Assembly: GCF_009914755.1 (NCBI RefSeq)
Contig: NC_060944.1
Length of the DNA: 64,000 nucleotides
Source: the human T2T-CHM13v2.0 reference genome, Homo sapiens
Direction: 5' to 3' (one strand)
This document shows, piece by piece, positions 38,525-51,200 of this stretch (positions within the stretch are counted from its first letter, which is position 1; every line of letters starts with the position of its first letter). The notes beneath the pieces were generated by a model. The model ran no database searches. It had not been told where the DNA came from and saw only the letters and a list, made by a program, of their open reading frames with translations. The translations under genes and the position numbers were made by a program.

Positions 38525-38887
38525 TGATATGGTTTGGCTGTTTCCCCACCCAAATCTCATCTTGAATTGTAGTTCCCATAAGTCCCATGTGTCATGGGAG
38601 GGACCCAGTGGGAGATAATTAAATCATGGGGCAGGTCTTTCCCGCGTTGTTCTCATGATAGTGAATAAGTCTCATGAGATTTGATGGTTTTATAAAGAAG
38701 AGTTCCCCTACACAAGCTGTCTTGCCTGCCACCATGTAAGAAGTGACTTCGCTCCTCATTTGCCTTCCTGCATGATTGTGAGGCCTCCCCAGCCATGTGG
38801 AACTGTGGGTCCATTAAACCTCTTTCCTTTATAAATTATGCAGTATTGGGTGTATCTTTATTAGCAGCATGAGAACAGACTAATACA
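38525..38887 (+). mobile_element. Solo MaLR LTR, THE1 (THE1B-like)
   Basis: tgatatggtttggctgt...caaatctcatcttgaattgtag...gattgtgaggcctccccagccatgtggaactgtg...gaacagactaataca. Confidence 0.93.
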
Positions 38888-40154
38888 CACCCTCTCATCC
38901 TCCCTGAACTTTCCACCGGCATATTCTATCTCTGGATTTCACATCATCACACAAGGCATTTTCTGAAAACTCCTGTCACCCCCTCCTAAAGTGATTTGTC
39001 ACCAGCAAATAGAGTGATGGGAGGAGCCTCTTTATTAACCAAGAGATGATTCATAGGGCTGCACACAAAGCCTGTGAAAAGCAATGTTTATTTTCTTGAA
39101 ATGACATAAAACTATCATTAATCATCCTACCCAACCCATCCTGAGCGACCTCCTCGCTTGTTTTAACTTCTACAAATTAATGTAAATCACTAGATTCAGG
39201 GTGCATATTTGGAGTGGAGGGTCAGAAGAGCCGGCCAGAAGACCTTTGCTTCTGTTTCTATAAAACATCATACACTAAGAAAAAAACACATTTCCATTTC
39301 TTTCTTTCCTATAATTGGTCAGGGGTCTTCCAAACTCGAGTCTGTTCTTTGTGAACCAACATAGCAGAATTTAATTTTGTACCCCTTCTCCCCTCATAGC
39401 TAAACCTTGAACTTACCGACTGGAGTGAACAATGAGGCCACCATATGGAGGACAGCATCCTGGTCTAGAAAAACAATCTCCATAATGCACCAGCCCATCC
39501 AAAAACAGACTGAAATTATATGTTGAAGCACAGTGGAAACTTCCTCCTGCATGTTTTATGTAAACAAGTTCATTTGTTCATTCAATGAATCCACAGTTCT
39601 TCAAAGGCTCTGTTTATATTAAAAGAAAGAAGCAGAAAAATTTGGATTGGCGGGCAGCCAGCTCTACACCTACAGAGTTGTCAAGCTGTTAGAGCAACAT
39701 TCGGGAGCTCCGATGTTTATGTTGAGATGGGCTTTTAAGCCAAAAGTAAAATATTTTTTTTTGGATGAAACAGCCAGATATGTGAGCAATGGACTCACAT
39801 CATCAGAGACAAAAAGACCAGTGTTTTGCAAAAGGGCAGAAGCTGAGCTGGTGATGGGCCTCAGACCTTGCGCAGGGCCCGAGGACTCTGTCTTCTCATG
39901 TCTATGGAGCAGCATCTCAGGGGTTTCTACATTAGACAGCTTTAAAGTAACAAAGAAGAGCGAGTGTCTGAGGTTAAGACCTTGACACACGATGGTCTCT
40001 AGGCTGCTGACTTGAATCCTCAGGAAAAAATCTACCCACCAAAGGCCTAAAAGTTGGGTTCTTTCCAAGTGTGATATTTTATATTTACTATTTAGAAGAC
40101 CATGCAGTAATCAAATAGCAGCTTCAAGAGAGGCTCTATGAGAAAGAGTGTCTT

Positions 40155-40700
40155 GTATCCATCAGGATTCTGTGGTTGCAAGTGACAGAAAATCCTACCC
40201 CAGTTGGTTTAATCCAACCAAGTGTTTCATTGAATCACAGACTTGAAGCAGGATGGGGATTTTTGCTTTGGGTGTGGCTGGATCCAGGAACTCAAAGGAT
40301 GTCACCATGTGGCTCTTTTTCTCTATTTTTAAACTGTGCATTCCCCTGAGTTGGCTATATTTTAGGGTAGATGTTCACTCGTATGAAGGTGGCCAGCGGC
40401 TGCTCCAGCTCAGCATCATAACTTCTCAGCAACTGCAGTGGAAAGAGAGCACTGCTCCTGCAGTTACTGAGGCCGATACCTGAGAATTGGCCTTTAGTAA
40501 CTTTAACTGGGTCACATGTGCATATCTTAACCAATCACTGTGGTCATGGGATAGAGACTTCTGATTGGTCAGACCCAGGTCACATCATAGCCCTGGACTC
40601 AACAAAACTACCTGCACAGGGAGTGGAGGAGGGGTGGCTCGCCCAGGAAAATAGGGTTCATTACAAGAAAAAAGGGAAGCGTATTTGAAGCAAGGAAAAT
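40155..40700 (-). mobile_element. Old MaLR LTR (MLT1K/L-like)
   Basis: atcaggattctgtggttgcaagtgacagaaa...ggctggatccagg...aaccaatcactgtggtcatggg...ctgattggtcag. Confidence 0.7.
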
Positions 40701-41459
40701 TTGGTCTGAAAAACATTTAAAATTGTAAAAAAAAAAAAAAAAAAAAAGAAAGAAAAAAAAAACAGAAGGAAATTGGGTATGTTTACTTTGAGAATGAGAA
40801 TAATCATGATTATGACGAATCCTGGAATCTTAAAGTTAGCAGCATCTTCCCAGATTGAGACCAATAGTTTCCAGACACATTTTTTTTTTAGAGCCACAGA
40901 CCTCTTTTGTCAAATAAAATCTAAAGTCTGTGGGAACGTCCATGATGAAAACGGATCGACACTAAGCTATTTAGTTAAAAGAGGAAAAGGGTAAAAGGAG
41001 GAAAAAGGCCCAATGTCCCACCCTCTTAGTTCTCCCAATTCTTCCAACATCAGCTCTTCCTTGGAAATTGAGGGAAGACAATAAAAAAAAACTGCTGGGG
41101 CTTCAAAGATGACTTTAGGGAGTTAGACCCTGACCAAGAATAACATTGACTCATACCAAGAAAAACTTCTTCCCAGATCAATTCTCTTTCAACCTCATCA
41201 AGGAGAAAGTCAAAGGTTAATGCTAATACATTTTAATAAATTTCATAGCCCTTGCTAATACTCATTTGAAAAATCAGAGGTCAGGTTATCAGGATCACAG
41301 TGCTCTGTGGGTATTCGGCTAGAATTTACTATCAATATTTTCTTCTTACTGCTTTTGTTCTTACTATTTCCTTCTATTTAGGGAAATGATTCTGGTTTTC
41401 CATTTTATGATGATGACATTTACATGTGTGTATTTTCTTATTTTTTCTTTTCAGTGAAA

Positions 41460-41660
41460 TTTTTTTTTGTATTGTGGCAAAATATACGTATCACAAAATT
41501 TATCATTTTCACTATTTTAGGTGGAAAGATCAGTGGCATTAGATGCTTTCACACTGTTGTGCAACTATTACCACATCCACCTCCAGAATTTGTTTATCTT
41601 CTGAATGGAAACTGTATACCCTCTGCAACTCCTCACTCCCTCCCTGCCCCTAGCCCCTGG
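41460..41660 (-). mobile_element. L1M(A/B) 3'-terminal fragment
   Basis: ttgtggcaaaatatacgt...aaaatttatcatt...cagtggcattag...ttcacactgttgtgcaac...ctccagaa...cctagcccctgg. Confidence 0.65.
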
Positions 41661-42599
41661 AAAGTATATATTTCTTTTAAATCCATGTATATAAGTAAAA
41701 CACACAGATGTAGGCAAATAAAAATGTTTCATAGATTACAGTACAGATGGTGCAAAGGGAAATGGATAAAATTGTGAGAGATGTTTGGAAAACACTAGAG
41801 GAGCTTAGCCCTCCTAAAGATAAAACCCTGTCTACAGTATCCCTGCAAACTCACAGCCATGGTTCGAACCTTGGGAATAACAGAGTTTCCTCCTTTGCAA
41901 GATGGCCTGTTTCATTTTGCACATGGTTCTAGAAAGTTCTTCCTTCCATCGAGCTTTGGCCTGAGGACTGGCACTGCACCAACGGGTGGTGATCTTTTTC
42001 CTTTCCCACTCTAATGACTTGGATATTCGGGTTTCGTGGCCGTGTTAAAGGTCTCCCTTCTTAGCTAAGTATCCCATGTTTGCTTGCAGATTAACACCAA
42101 TGGTGCCGTGACATCGAGGGACCTTTTCAGCCTGCCCAACCCTGACATTCCCATCTCTGGCCACACCTGCCTGGTCTTCTCTTGGGAACTGCCTTAACTC
42201 TGCTGTCATTCATGTTGATTAGCAAGGCTGACTCTACCCCATGACCCAGAGCTGACCAATCAGAGCAGTCCATTGCCCAAGCCACAGTGATTGGCTCAAA
42301 GGTGAGCATGCAATCATGCATGGTCATTAAATCCATGAAGGTGCTCTACCCCCAGCCTCACCAACCACCTAGCCGTAGGGGCTGCCATAGATGGCTCCTT
42401 ACCCTCCCTTTAATCAGTGGCTTTGGGCCTTTTAAATTCTGAAAACATGGCTGTGTCCAAAGATAAGGGACACATGGTTTTTACCCATAATTTCTTTAGT
42501 CATGATTTCTAACAGCCCCTGCCACCAAGCCTGAGCCCCATTCTAAACGAGTTAACCCATTCTAATGAGCCAATACTTGTCACCTTAGAAGGAAGATGA

Positions 42600-42780
42600 C
42601 AAATGTTAGCTCATTTAATCTTCAGAACCCTGTGAGGTACCTCCTAGGACTATTTTTATTTTCAGGTGAGGAAACTGAGTCACAAAGGGCTGTAATAACC
42701 CGCTGAGGGTTCCACCTTGGCAGGAATTTGAACCTGGGCAGCCCAGCCCTGAATCAGTCCTCACACCACCCATGATGCGG
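42600..42780 (-). mobile_element. MIR
   Basis: ctcatttaatcttc...ttttcaggtgaggaaactgagtcac...ggaatttgaacctgggcag. Confidence 0.75.
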
Positions 42781-43854
42781 CCCTGAGAGCTGCTCTCAAT
42801 GCCACTAGCAGAGCGATGTCACGAAGTGCCACTGTGGCTTTTACTGTACAGGATTTTCTCTCTTTCAAAGTTGACTCCATGCCAGTACTGGTTGCTCTGC
42901 AAGGTCTCTCAAATAGAGTGCCTTTGATCCTGAACCTTTTCTTGGAAGCCTCTGAAGGGCTTCACTAGTCTAGGGGCCACTGCAGATGACCATCTTTCTA
43001 GCATCTCAGCTGTCTGCTCTCATATTTCATTATCTGGTCCACAAGGCTGGTAACAAACACTCAAGATAAATTCTGTCCTCCCTCTCTGGAAAATAGAAAA
43101 TACATTAAAAATCTCAGCCTGTGAAACTGAAAATTCCAGCCAAGGGGCCCATGAGGCCCCAGACTGGGAAGGCCCAGTTCCCAGGAGACAGCAGAGTCCT
43201 GCTCCGAGATAACATCACCCTTCTGCCCGCACATGCAGAGGCTGTAATTATACCCCTTAACCTGGGGCTTTACTTTACTTAATGAGTAATTTGCCAAAAC
43301 CATGCTACTGTTTGAGGCATGAACCTGGTGTGTGAAGGGTTCATGTGCTTCTATCCCACCTGTCATCTTCCTCTCCAACATCTGGGATCCTGGGAGAAAA
43401 TGTCTGTCAACCACACAGCTGCCTCCTCACCCTCCTGCCCCCAGGTACTCTCCTGGTTTCCCCAGCATCAGAGTTAGCTAATGAAAGAGGCCTTCAAAAC
43501 ATTTCTCAAAAAGCATGGGCATTGTGGAAAGGGGAGAGAGAAGCTGGGTTTAGCAGTGAGCATTAGTAGGGGCCATGGTTGGTCAGAGGACATTCCACAC
43601 CAAGGTGCCATCATGCAGGAGAGTTTGAGGACAGCCAGAAAGTCCTGTCTCTTCCTAAAGAGGAGACTACATTCATTGGGCCCACTCTCCTCAAGGAGGT
43701 TGCAGGAGTGAGATGGTTTATTAGGGCCAAAAATGGACCTCAGTGAGTTGCTGAATAGAAGGCCTTTGAATTGGCCAAAGCATCGTTGTTTGAGGAATAG
43801 ATAAGCGTTCGTGCTCCTTTCCTTAAAGATCTTGGAAGAGACAAAACCCAGGGT

Positions 43855-44452
43855 CTAGCAGAAACTGCTTGCTGCCCACCCCCTATCTAGTCTTCTCTTC
43901 TTCTTTGGAAACAGAACCCCCAGTTTAACTGGATACAGGGCTCCCTAGAAGGAAGATGACTTTGCCCACCCTCCCTTTACTAGGTGAGGTCATGTGATAA
44001 AGTAAAGATCAATGTCATATCATAAGAAGTCTCTGGTGAGGCTTCAGGGTAGAGAACAGGTTCAGGAGGAATATACACCTTTTGTGCTCTGATTCCATTC
44101 CTCATTCTAGCTACCTGGAATGTGGATGTTATAGTGGTGCTCGCAGCCATCCTGGATTATGAAGTGGCCATGAGGACTAGGAAGTGAACCCGCATGGATA
44201 CCGAAATCCACAAACGCTCAAGTCCCTTATACAAAATGAAGTAGTATTTGCATATAAGCTATGAATATCCATAGAGTAGCAGAAATAGGAAAGTTCTGTG
44301 GACCCTATTGACTTCATGGAACTTCCGTATCAGTCATGGACTGTTTATCTCTCAAACTTCCTTTAAGTAGAGTATAGGAGTGCATCCCTGTGTCGAAGGC
44401 TCTCTTGTATTGAACTTTCTGTTCTATGAGATTGGATCTACCCTTACTGATA
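43855..44452 (+). mobile_element. MaLR LTR (MLT1J-like)
   Basis: tagcagaaactgc...ggtcatgtgat...ctacctggaatgtggatgt...gcagccatcctggattatga. Confidence 0.6.
44186..44270 (+). mobile_element. Terminus-less MER2 (Tigger) fragment inside MLT1J
   Basis: atggataccgaaatccacaaacgctcaagtcccttatacaaaatgaagtagtatttgcatataa. Confidence 0.75.
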
Positions 44453-45179
44453 TAGGGGACTCATGAGGCTTCTCAGGGAGGGGCAGAGCTCTGAGGATCA
44501 AGCCAACACTCCACAGCTTGCACTTCAGGTCTCTCGTGGTCAGGGACCAACACTTCCACTGAACGCCATGCCCTCCTGCCCCAGGACCTACCAGGCTCTC
44601 CACCCAGCCTCTTCCTTTGCACCCTTCCTGTGCTTGTCATGCTTTCCCCACTTTCTGACCTTTGCCTTTGCAGAAAGTCTTGCTGGGGCCAACCTCACTA
44701 CCTTCTCTCCACAAATCTCACCATGCCTCATGGTTCAACTTTTGACTTTTACCTCTGTAGTCTTTCCCAGATATTCTGGAAGATGCCTTGCTGGATTGAC
44801 CTATGAGCATTGAAACCTGTCTTTCTTTTCTTGTTCCACACGGGCAAGGGTTTCTTACCCCAGGACTGTGGGATCTTTCAGGGAAGGGCTGGCCCACTTT
44901 ACTTCTCTCTTTGCAGCACAGGCCTTGGTTGGGGAAGTTTCCTCCACGTATTTGCAGAACTGAACTGCTCGGGACGGTTCTGTCTCAGGTGGTCCTGGCT
45001 GGGTCTCTCCACCAGATTGAGTCAAGAGAATGTCTTTTCCAGCCACGTGCAGAAGAGAACTCAAGTTCACCTTAATGAATGCATATTTGTGACTCCCTGG
45101 GAAAGTTTAATGTGACACGAAACACACATTTTGCACACTCTGCTCCACAGCCCAGCATGCTTGTCCACTTCAGCAGCCA

Positions 45180-45670
45180 GACTCTGATCCTCATCACTTT
45201 TGACAAAGCTCTGTGAGACCAACCCTGCTGGCCTCTCTTCTCACTGAATCTAGCCCTCTGGTTTACTCTACCCCGGCCAAACTGGCCCCCTTGCTGCCCT
45301 CTGAACAGCCACCACATGCGTGTCCCTGTACTGGCTGTTCCCTCTGCCTGGAATGTTCTTCCCAAATCTCAGGCAAATGTTACCTCTTCAGTGAGGCCTT
45401 CATTAGCCAGCCCAGCTAAAACAGCTGCACTTCCTACACCCCCACACATTCCCCACTCCCACCACTCACTCACTCTCTATCATACTTTTCTTTCTCAGCA
45501 CATACCAAAATCTGGAGTCATTACCTGTCTTTTTCTCTAGAATGTCAGTTCCATGGAATCAGGCCCACTTTTGTCTTTTCTCCACTGTATCCCCAGGACC
45601 CAGGACAACTTTTACATGAAAAATAAATACTGACTTACTGAGTGAACAAGTGAATGAATGAATGGGTGAG
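45180..45670 (+). mobile_element. L2 3' region
   Basis: gctgttccctctgcctggaatgttcttccc...aaatgttacctcttcagtgaggcctt...ctagaatgtcagttccatgga...gtgaatgaatgaatg. Confidence 0.8.
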
Positions 45671-46938
45671 TGAACAAACAAGGTGAATTATTCTACCTCT
45701 TTCAAACTGTGACTCCAAGCAAGTCAGTGCACCTTGCCAGCCTCACTTTCATCTGCAAAGTGGTGCTAATTAAAGAGAGATTAGATTCTTTTCCTCCAAA
45801 GCTTGTACAAAGAGAAGCTGTTGCTAAACCACGCATTGTTATGCAGAGGTTATTTAAGCCAATTAAATTAAGCTGTCACACTAGCCCTGCCAGCACTCTC
45901 CAGCTCGTTCACACGTGAGTGGGTGGTGTCTTGCCCAACGTCCCGGAGCAGGTCTCTGCAGAGCTGGCTTCTGGGCTCCTTCCTGGGCTGCACTGCAGCC
46001 CGGGACATCATCTACTCAGAGGTGTTGACTGAGCCCCTATCCTGTGCCAGACATTGACATATGCACTGAGGCTACAGCCGTGGAGAAGCCAGACTCTCCT
46101 CTGCAAGAGCTTGATCTAGTGAAAAAACAGGTGCTGGACCAGCAGGAGAGACAACAGTGCACAGGAAACATTTCTGAGCTGGGGCGAGTTGGCTGGGGCA
46201 GCAACCCAGGCAGAGGGCTTCTGGAAGGCCTCTCCAAGGAGGGGGCTGGATCCTGAAGGGTGGACAGAGATTAGCCAGGGAGACAGGAAGGGAAGGCTCA
46301 TCCAGTGAGGGAACAGTACAGGCCAAAGCCTGAATCATGAGAGAAGGGTGAACACAAGGAAATGAAGGATGGCGGACCGTAGACAGGGGAGAGACGCCAT
46401 CATGCTTCTGGCTTCAACAAATCAGAAGGGTCCAGGGATTCAAAGGGGCAGAGTAGACCCAGAGACCCATGAGGCGGCCCCAGAGTGGTCCAAGCGTGAG
46501 ATGGCGGTGCTTTGGACTGGGTGTTTGAATCTTTTTTTAGTAACAGCTTTATTGAGAGATAATTTGCATATCATGATGTTCACTCTTTTAATGTATACAG
46601 TTTTGTGCTTTTGATTAAACTCGGGAAGTTGTGTGGTCATCATCCCTATCTATTCCAGAGCATTGCATTATCCCCAAAGAAGCCCTATACCCATGAGCCG
46701 TCACTCCCCATCCACTACCCTCCCACCATAGGCAGCCACTGCTACTGTCGGCCTCTGTGGATTTGGCTGTTCTGGTCATTTCATGTAAGTGGAATCAGAC
46801 GATATGGGATCTTTTGTGACTGGCTTCCTCTGCTTAGCATAATGTTTTCAGGGTTCATTCACGTGGTAGCATGTGTCAGCATTCCATTCCTTTTTGTGGT
46901 AGAATAATAGAAATAGAATAATACTCTGAATGCATATG

Positions 46939-47417
46939 CGGTAGTCCCTTGGTATTCGTAGAGGACTGGTTCCACGAATCCTGCCAGCCTCCCTTCTCAC
47001 TGAATCTGCCCCCTGGTTTATTCCACCCCAGCCAAACTGGCCTCCTTGCTGCCCTCTGAACAGTTACCACATGCATGCCTCTGCACTGGCTGTCCCATCT
47101 TGGTATCCTCATGGATATCCCCATGGATACCAAAGTCCTTGGATGTTCAAGTGCCTGATATAAAATGGAGTAGTATTCACATTTAACCTACACAATACTC
47201 CCGTATACTTTAAATCATCTCTAGATTATTTATAATTCCTAATACAAGGTAAATGCTACATAAATAGTTGTTATACTATATTATTTAGAAACTAATGACA
47301 AGGAAAACTATCTATATATGTTCACTACAGACATGATCATCATAGGACTGACTATATTCTTGATGTATAATTGGTTGAGTCCTAGGATGTGGAACCGTGG
47401 ATATGGAAGGCCGACTG
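46939..47417 (+). mobile_element. MER2 (Tigger MITE) carrying a ~140-bp foreign insert
   Basis: cggtagtcccttggtattcg...ctcccgtatactttaaatcatctctagatta...ggatatggaaggccgactg, with both TIRs. Confidence 0.88.
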
Positions 47418-47434
47418 CACAACTTTTCATTCTT

Positions 47435-47728
<294 letters not shown>

Positions 47729-48169
47729 GGAGCTTTTCATTCTTGATCCATTCATCAGTTGATAGACATTTGGGTCACTTCCACTCTGGGCTATTATGAA
47801 TAATGCTGCTGTGAACATTTGCATGCAAATGTTTGTGTGGACGTGTGTTTTTGTTTCTGTTGGATATATACCTAGGAATGGAATTGCTGCATAGTGTGTG
47901 AACTCTGTTTAACTTTTTGAAGAAGCATCAGACTGTTTGCCTGAGTGGCTGCACACTTTGCATTGCCACTGGCAATGAATAAGGCTTCTGGTTTCTCACA
48001 ACCTCACCAACACTTGTTATTGTCTGTCTTTTTGATTTAAGCCATCTTCGTGGGTGTGAAGCGGCATCTCATTGTGGTCATGATTTTCAGTTCCCTAAAG
48101 ATTCCTGATGCTGGGCAACTGCATGTGTTTACTGGGCATCCTCATATCTTCTTTGGGGAAATTCCTGTC

Positions 48170-48470
48170 CCTCTGCTCCCCCAAGTGGCTGCTAGGTGGC
48201 TGCTTTCTATAGCTGCTTAGTTGAGGTGGTTGGTTTTCAAGGCTACCACGGAGCTGGGGAGATGGGGATGGGTTAGGGCAAGTTGAAACAAAGCTTGTTC
48301 TTTCTGAGATTCAGCATTTTCCTGAATAAACATCCTTGTACAGTTTAAGCCTTTGGTTAATATCCAGAGTTCTGAAAAGTCGATTTTGACAGTTGCTTTT
48401 TGGCCAGTGTTCTTATTGTTTTATGGAAGAGTAGATTTGGGAAGGTCTTTACTCTGCTATTCTGGAAGTG
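48170..48470 (-). mobile_element. Ancient L1 5'-region fragment (L1MC/MD-type)
   Basis: ttcaaggctaccacggagctgggg...ccagagttctgaaaagtcgattttgac...ctctgctattctggaagtg. Confidence 0.45.
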
Positions 48471-48489
48471 CCTTTAATTGAAGTATCCA

Positions 48490-48680
48490 TAGGAGTTAAT
48501 ATCTATTAAGGGCTTACTCTGGTGTCAGACACTTATCTAAGCATTTTGCATATTTAATGCCCCCACAGCCCAAGGAGAAATGTATTATTATGTCCATTTT
48601 AGAGATGGGGAAACTAAGGCATTCAGTGACTAAAGGTTAAGTGACTTGCTAAATATTCCCCAGCTGGTAAGCAGGTGGGG
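48490..48680 (-). mobile_element. MIR
   Basis: tccattttagagatggggaaactaaggc...aggttaagtgacttgc. Confidence 0.8.
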
Positions 48681-49370
48681 CGGGAAGTGGGTGGGAAGAG
48701 GAGGAGACAGCAGGCCTCTCTCTGGCTCCAGGGCCTGTGCTTTGACCACCTCCCGTCCTGTCCTCTGGCTGCTCATAGAGTCAGGAGGGGCCTAGGAACC
48801 CAGGCCAGCTTTTCCCCAGGGTGGGGAAGGAAGGATTTTGCAGCTGGGGAAGAACAAGAGGCTTTCCTTGGTGCATGCCTCACTCTGCCTAGCTCAGCCA
48901 TACATGCTGTAAAGCCAGCCATGACCTTTCCGGACCAGGGGTTGGAGTGGGAAAGGAGGTGTGCACTGGGTCAAATGGGCAGCAAAGAAGGCAGGTGCCC
49001 TGCCTGTGAGTTGGCAGTCAAGGGAGCCTCCATGCAGAGTCTCCATTCCCACCCCACCCTCGCCCTCAGTCAGCTGCCACAAGTCAGCCCACTCCTGTAC
49101 CTGCTGCAGCCCAGCCCAAGAGCTCCAAAAGCTGGGGCTGTGGAGCACTCTCACTGCTTGGCATTTTCTCATTGGTTTGATTTGTTGTTGGGGTCTGAGT
49201 GTTAGATCAGGGAGGGCAGGTCTTGTGTGTTTAGCTTTTTTTGTTTATTGTTGCTTAGCTTTTTTTCCATTGCACCTTGAACGATGCCTGGCACATAGCA
49301 CGAGCTTGGTGACCATTTTGGGGTAAGTGAATTGATTCATTCACTAAGAATTAATTTGCTAAGAATGGGC

Positions 49371-49934
49371 TGTCAACCTAATATAATCAACAGGGTCAGA
49401 ATCTAGTTTAAAGAGAATTTATTTAAGTGCAAAGTGTGAGGACAAGCTGCCTAGGAAGCAGAGATTCCAAAGAATAGAAGTCAATGTTCCAAACTGTAGA
49501 AGTTTGGGATTTTTATATAGACAAAGCTTAGGGAGGCTTAACAGAATTCCAATCTCTTTCTATGTAAGGCTTAATGCATAGTTAAAATGATCTGATTAGT
49601 TGAGATGGCTTTTGTTTTCCAGAAAGGTGAATTTAACATTCTCCATGGAAGATGTAACTGTCACGGGGTCTTGGGCACCATCTGGTCTGAGTTAGGTACA
49701 GGACAATAAAGGAGACAGTTAATCTATAACAAAGATCAGTGATTGGAAGGAGGAGAAGGTCTGTTCTTTGGTCTCTCTTAGTCATTTATAGCAACGAGAA
49801 CAATGAGGAAGACAGTTAAGCTCTAATCTAAGAAGCAGAACTGCAAATATGCAGCCGTGGCTCAGTCGCCAGGGCTTAACTTCTCCCATGGCATAATACT
49901 TTTAGACAGTTCTAAAATTTTATTTTCTTTTACA
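49371..49934 (-). mobile_element. Solo ERV1 LTR (MER4-group, subfamily uncertain)
   Basis: tgtcaacc ... attttattttcttttaca (TG...CA). Perfect TSD GGGC at 49367-49370 / 49935-49938. Confidence 0.8.
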
Positions 49935-50369
49935 GGGCTCACCTGAAACAATTATATTTTAACAAGGCAATAGTAAGAACAACAACACCAATTCCCACCG
50001 AGGGCTAACTCTGCCAGGCACAGTTCCAAGTGCATTTTGCATATTATCTCATTTAATCCTCTGCTGATGTGATCGTGTTATGTGTTATTATGTCCATTTC
50101 ACACCTAAGCTCTGTGTTTGTGCTCCGAATTTCCATGGAAGGAGCCACTCAGTGCTCTAACACTTGGTGTGTGAGTCACCCCAGAAGTTCCCTCCCATGT
50201 CCCTGCTGGAGTAAGAGGTGCTATGAGGCAGTCTCTCCTGCAGGGTCTTGGGCCTAGCAAAGTCCACTAGGCCATTGGCTTCCAGGCTGTCTTGTCCCTG
50301 CATGAAGACTGAGGCCGCTTTGGGGAACTTTCTGCTGCTAAAAGTTAATAATTCTTTAAAAACACACAT

Positions 50370-50580
50370 CACATACTATGGGCCTGGCATTGTGCTAAGT
50401 GCTTTAGATATGTTAACATTCCATCCCCAAAACTCTGGAGTGAAGTAGGTGCTATAATTATCCCTGTTTTTTTAAATGTGGAAACAGAGGTGCAGAGCAG
50501 CTAAATATCTTGTCCAAGGTCACACAGCAAAGTGGCGGAGACAGTCTGGCCTCTAGGTCTGTCCTCTTTACCACTGCTCC
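50370..50580 (-). mobile_element. MIR
   Basis: ggcattgtgctaagtgcttta...ggaaacagaggtgcagag...cttgtccaaggtcacacagc. Confidence 0.8.
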
Positions 50581-50679
50581 AGACTGTCTTTTGATGAAAC
50601 TGCCCCTCACTGGATATGAAGGGAGACAGAGATGGTGACATGGCTGGAGAGGGTGACAGTTTCCCCATCGCAGCATCAA

Positions 50680-51200
50680 TGTGTCAGTTAGGACTTGTTT
50701 GGTTGCAAGCGGCAGGAAGCCATCCCCAACAGGCTCAGCTTGAAGCTGTTTTACTTCAGGCATGGCTGGATCTAGAACCCCAGATACTGGAATTAGGACC
50801 AAGTCTCTTTCAGGGTTCAGCTAGGATTACCTCTGTGGTGGCTGCATTCTCAGGCTCCATGGGTTGGCAAGGTGAGTGTCAACAATTCTGCACCCTTGAT
50901 TAATCTCACCTATAAACCCCGTGGGAAGAGACAGTCTTTCTCTAATCCCTCCGGTGAAAAGCTTGGAATTACCTGTCTTTGAATCTGATTGGATAGCCTT
51001 GAGTCAGGAGCCCCCCCCCTCCCCCGCCCCCCGTTAACCAATCATCATGGATAAGGGAATGAAGCAGTTCTCTGATTGGTCAGTCCTAGGCATTATGTAA
51101 AGGCCGACAGCCAGGTGTGGGCCAGCTCCAACTGGGGCGACTTGTGGAGGGTGGTTCCTGGGACAACGCCCATGCCGTGATCAGGAACGGGGTCAGCAGG
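50680..51200 (-). mobile_element. Old MaLR LTR (MLT1K/L-like)
   Basis: tgtgtcagttaggacttgtttggttgcaag...cttcaggcatggctggatctag...ctgattggtcag. Confidence 0.65.

Noticed and set aside
46044-46256. Protein-like ORF (EKPDSPLQELDLVKKQVLDQQERQQ)
   Set aside because: The DNA resembles a decayed antisense L2 3' segment; GTG start and no exon support.
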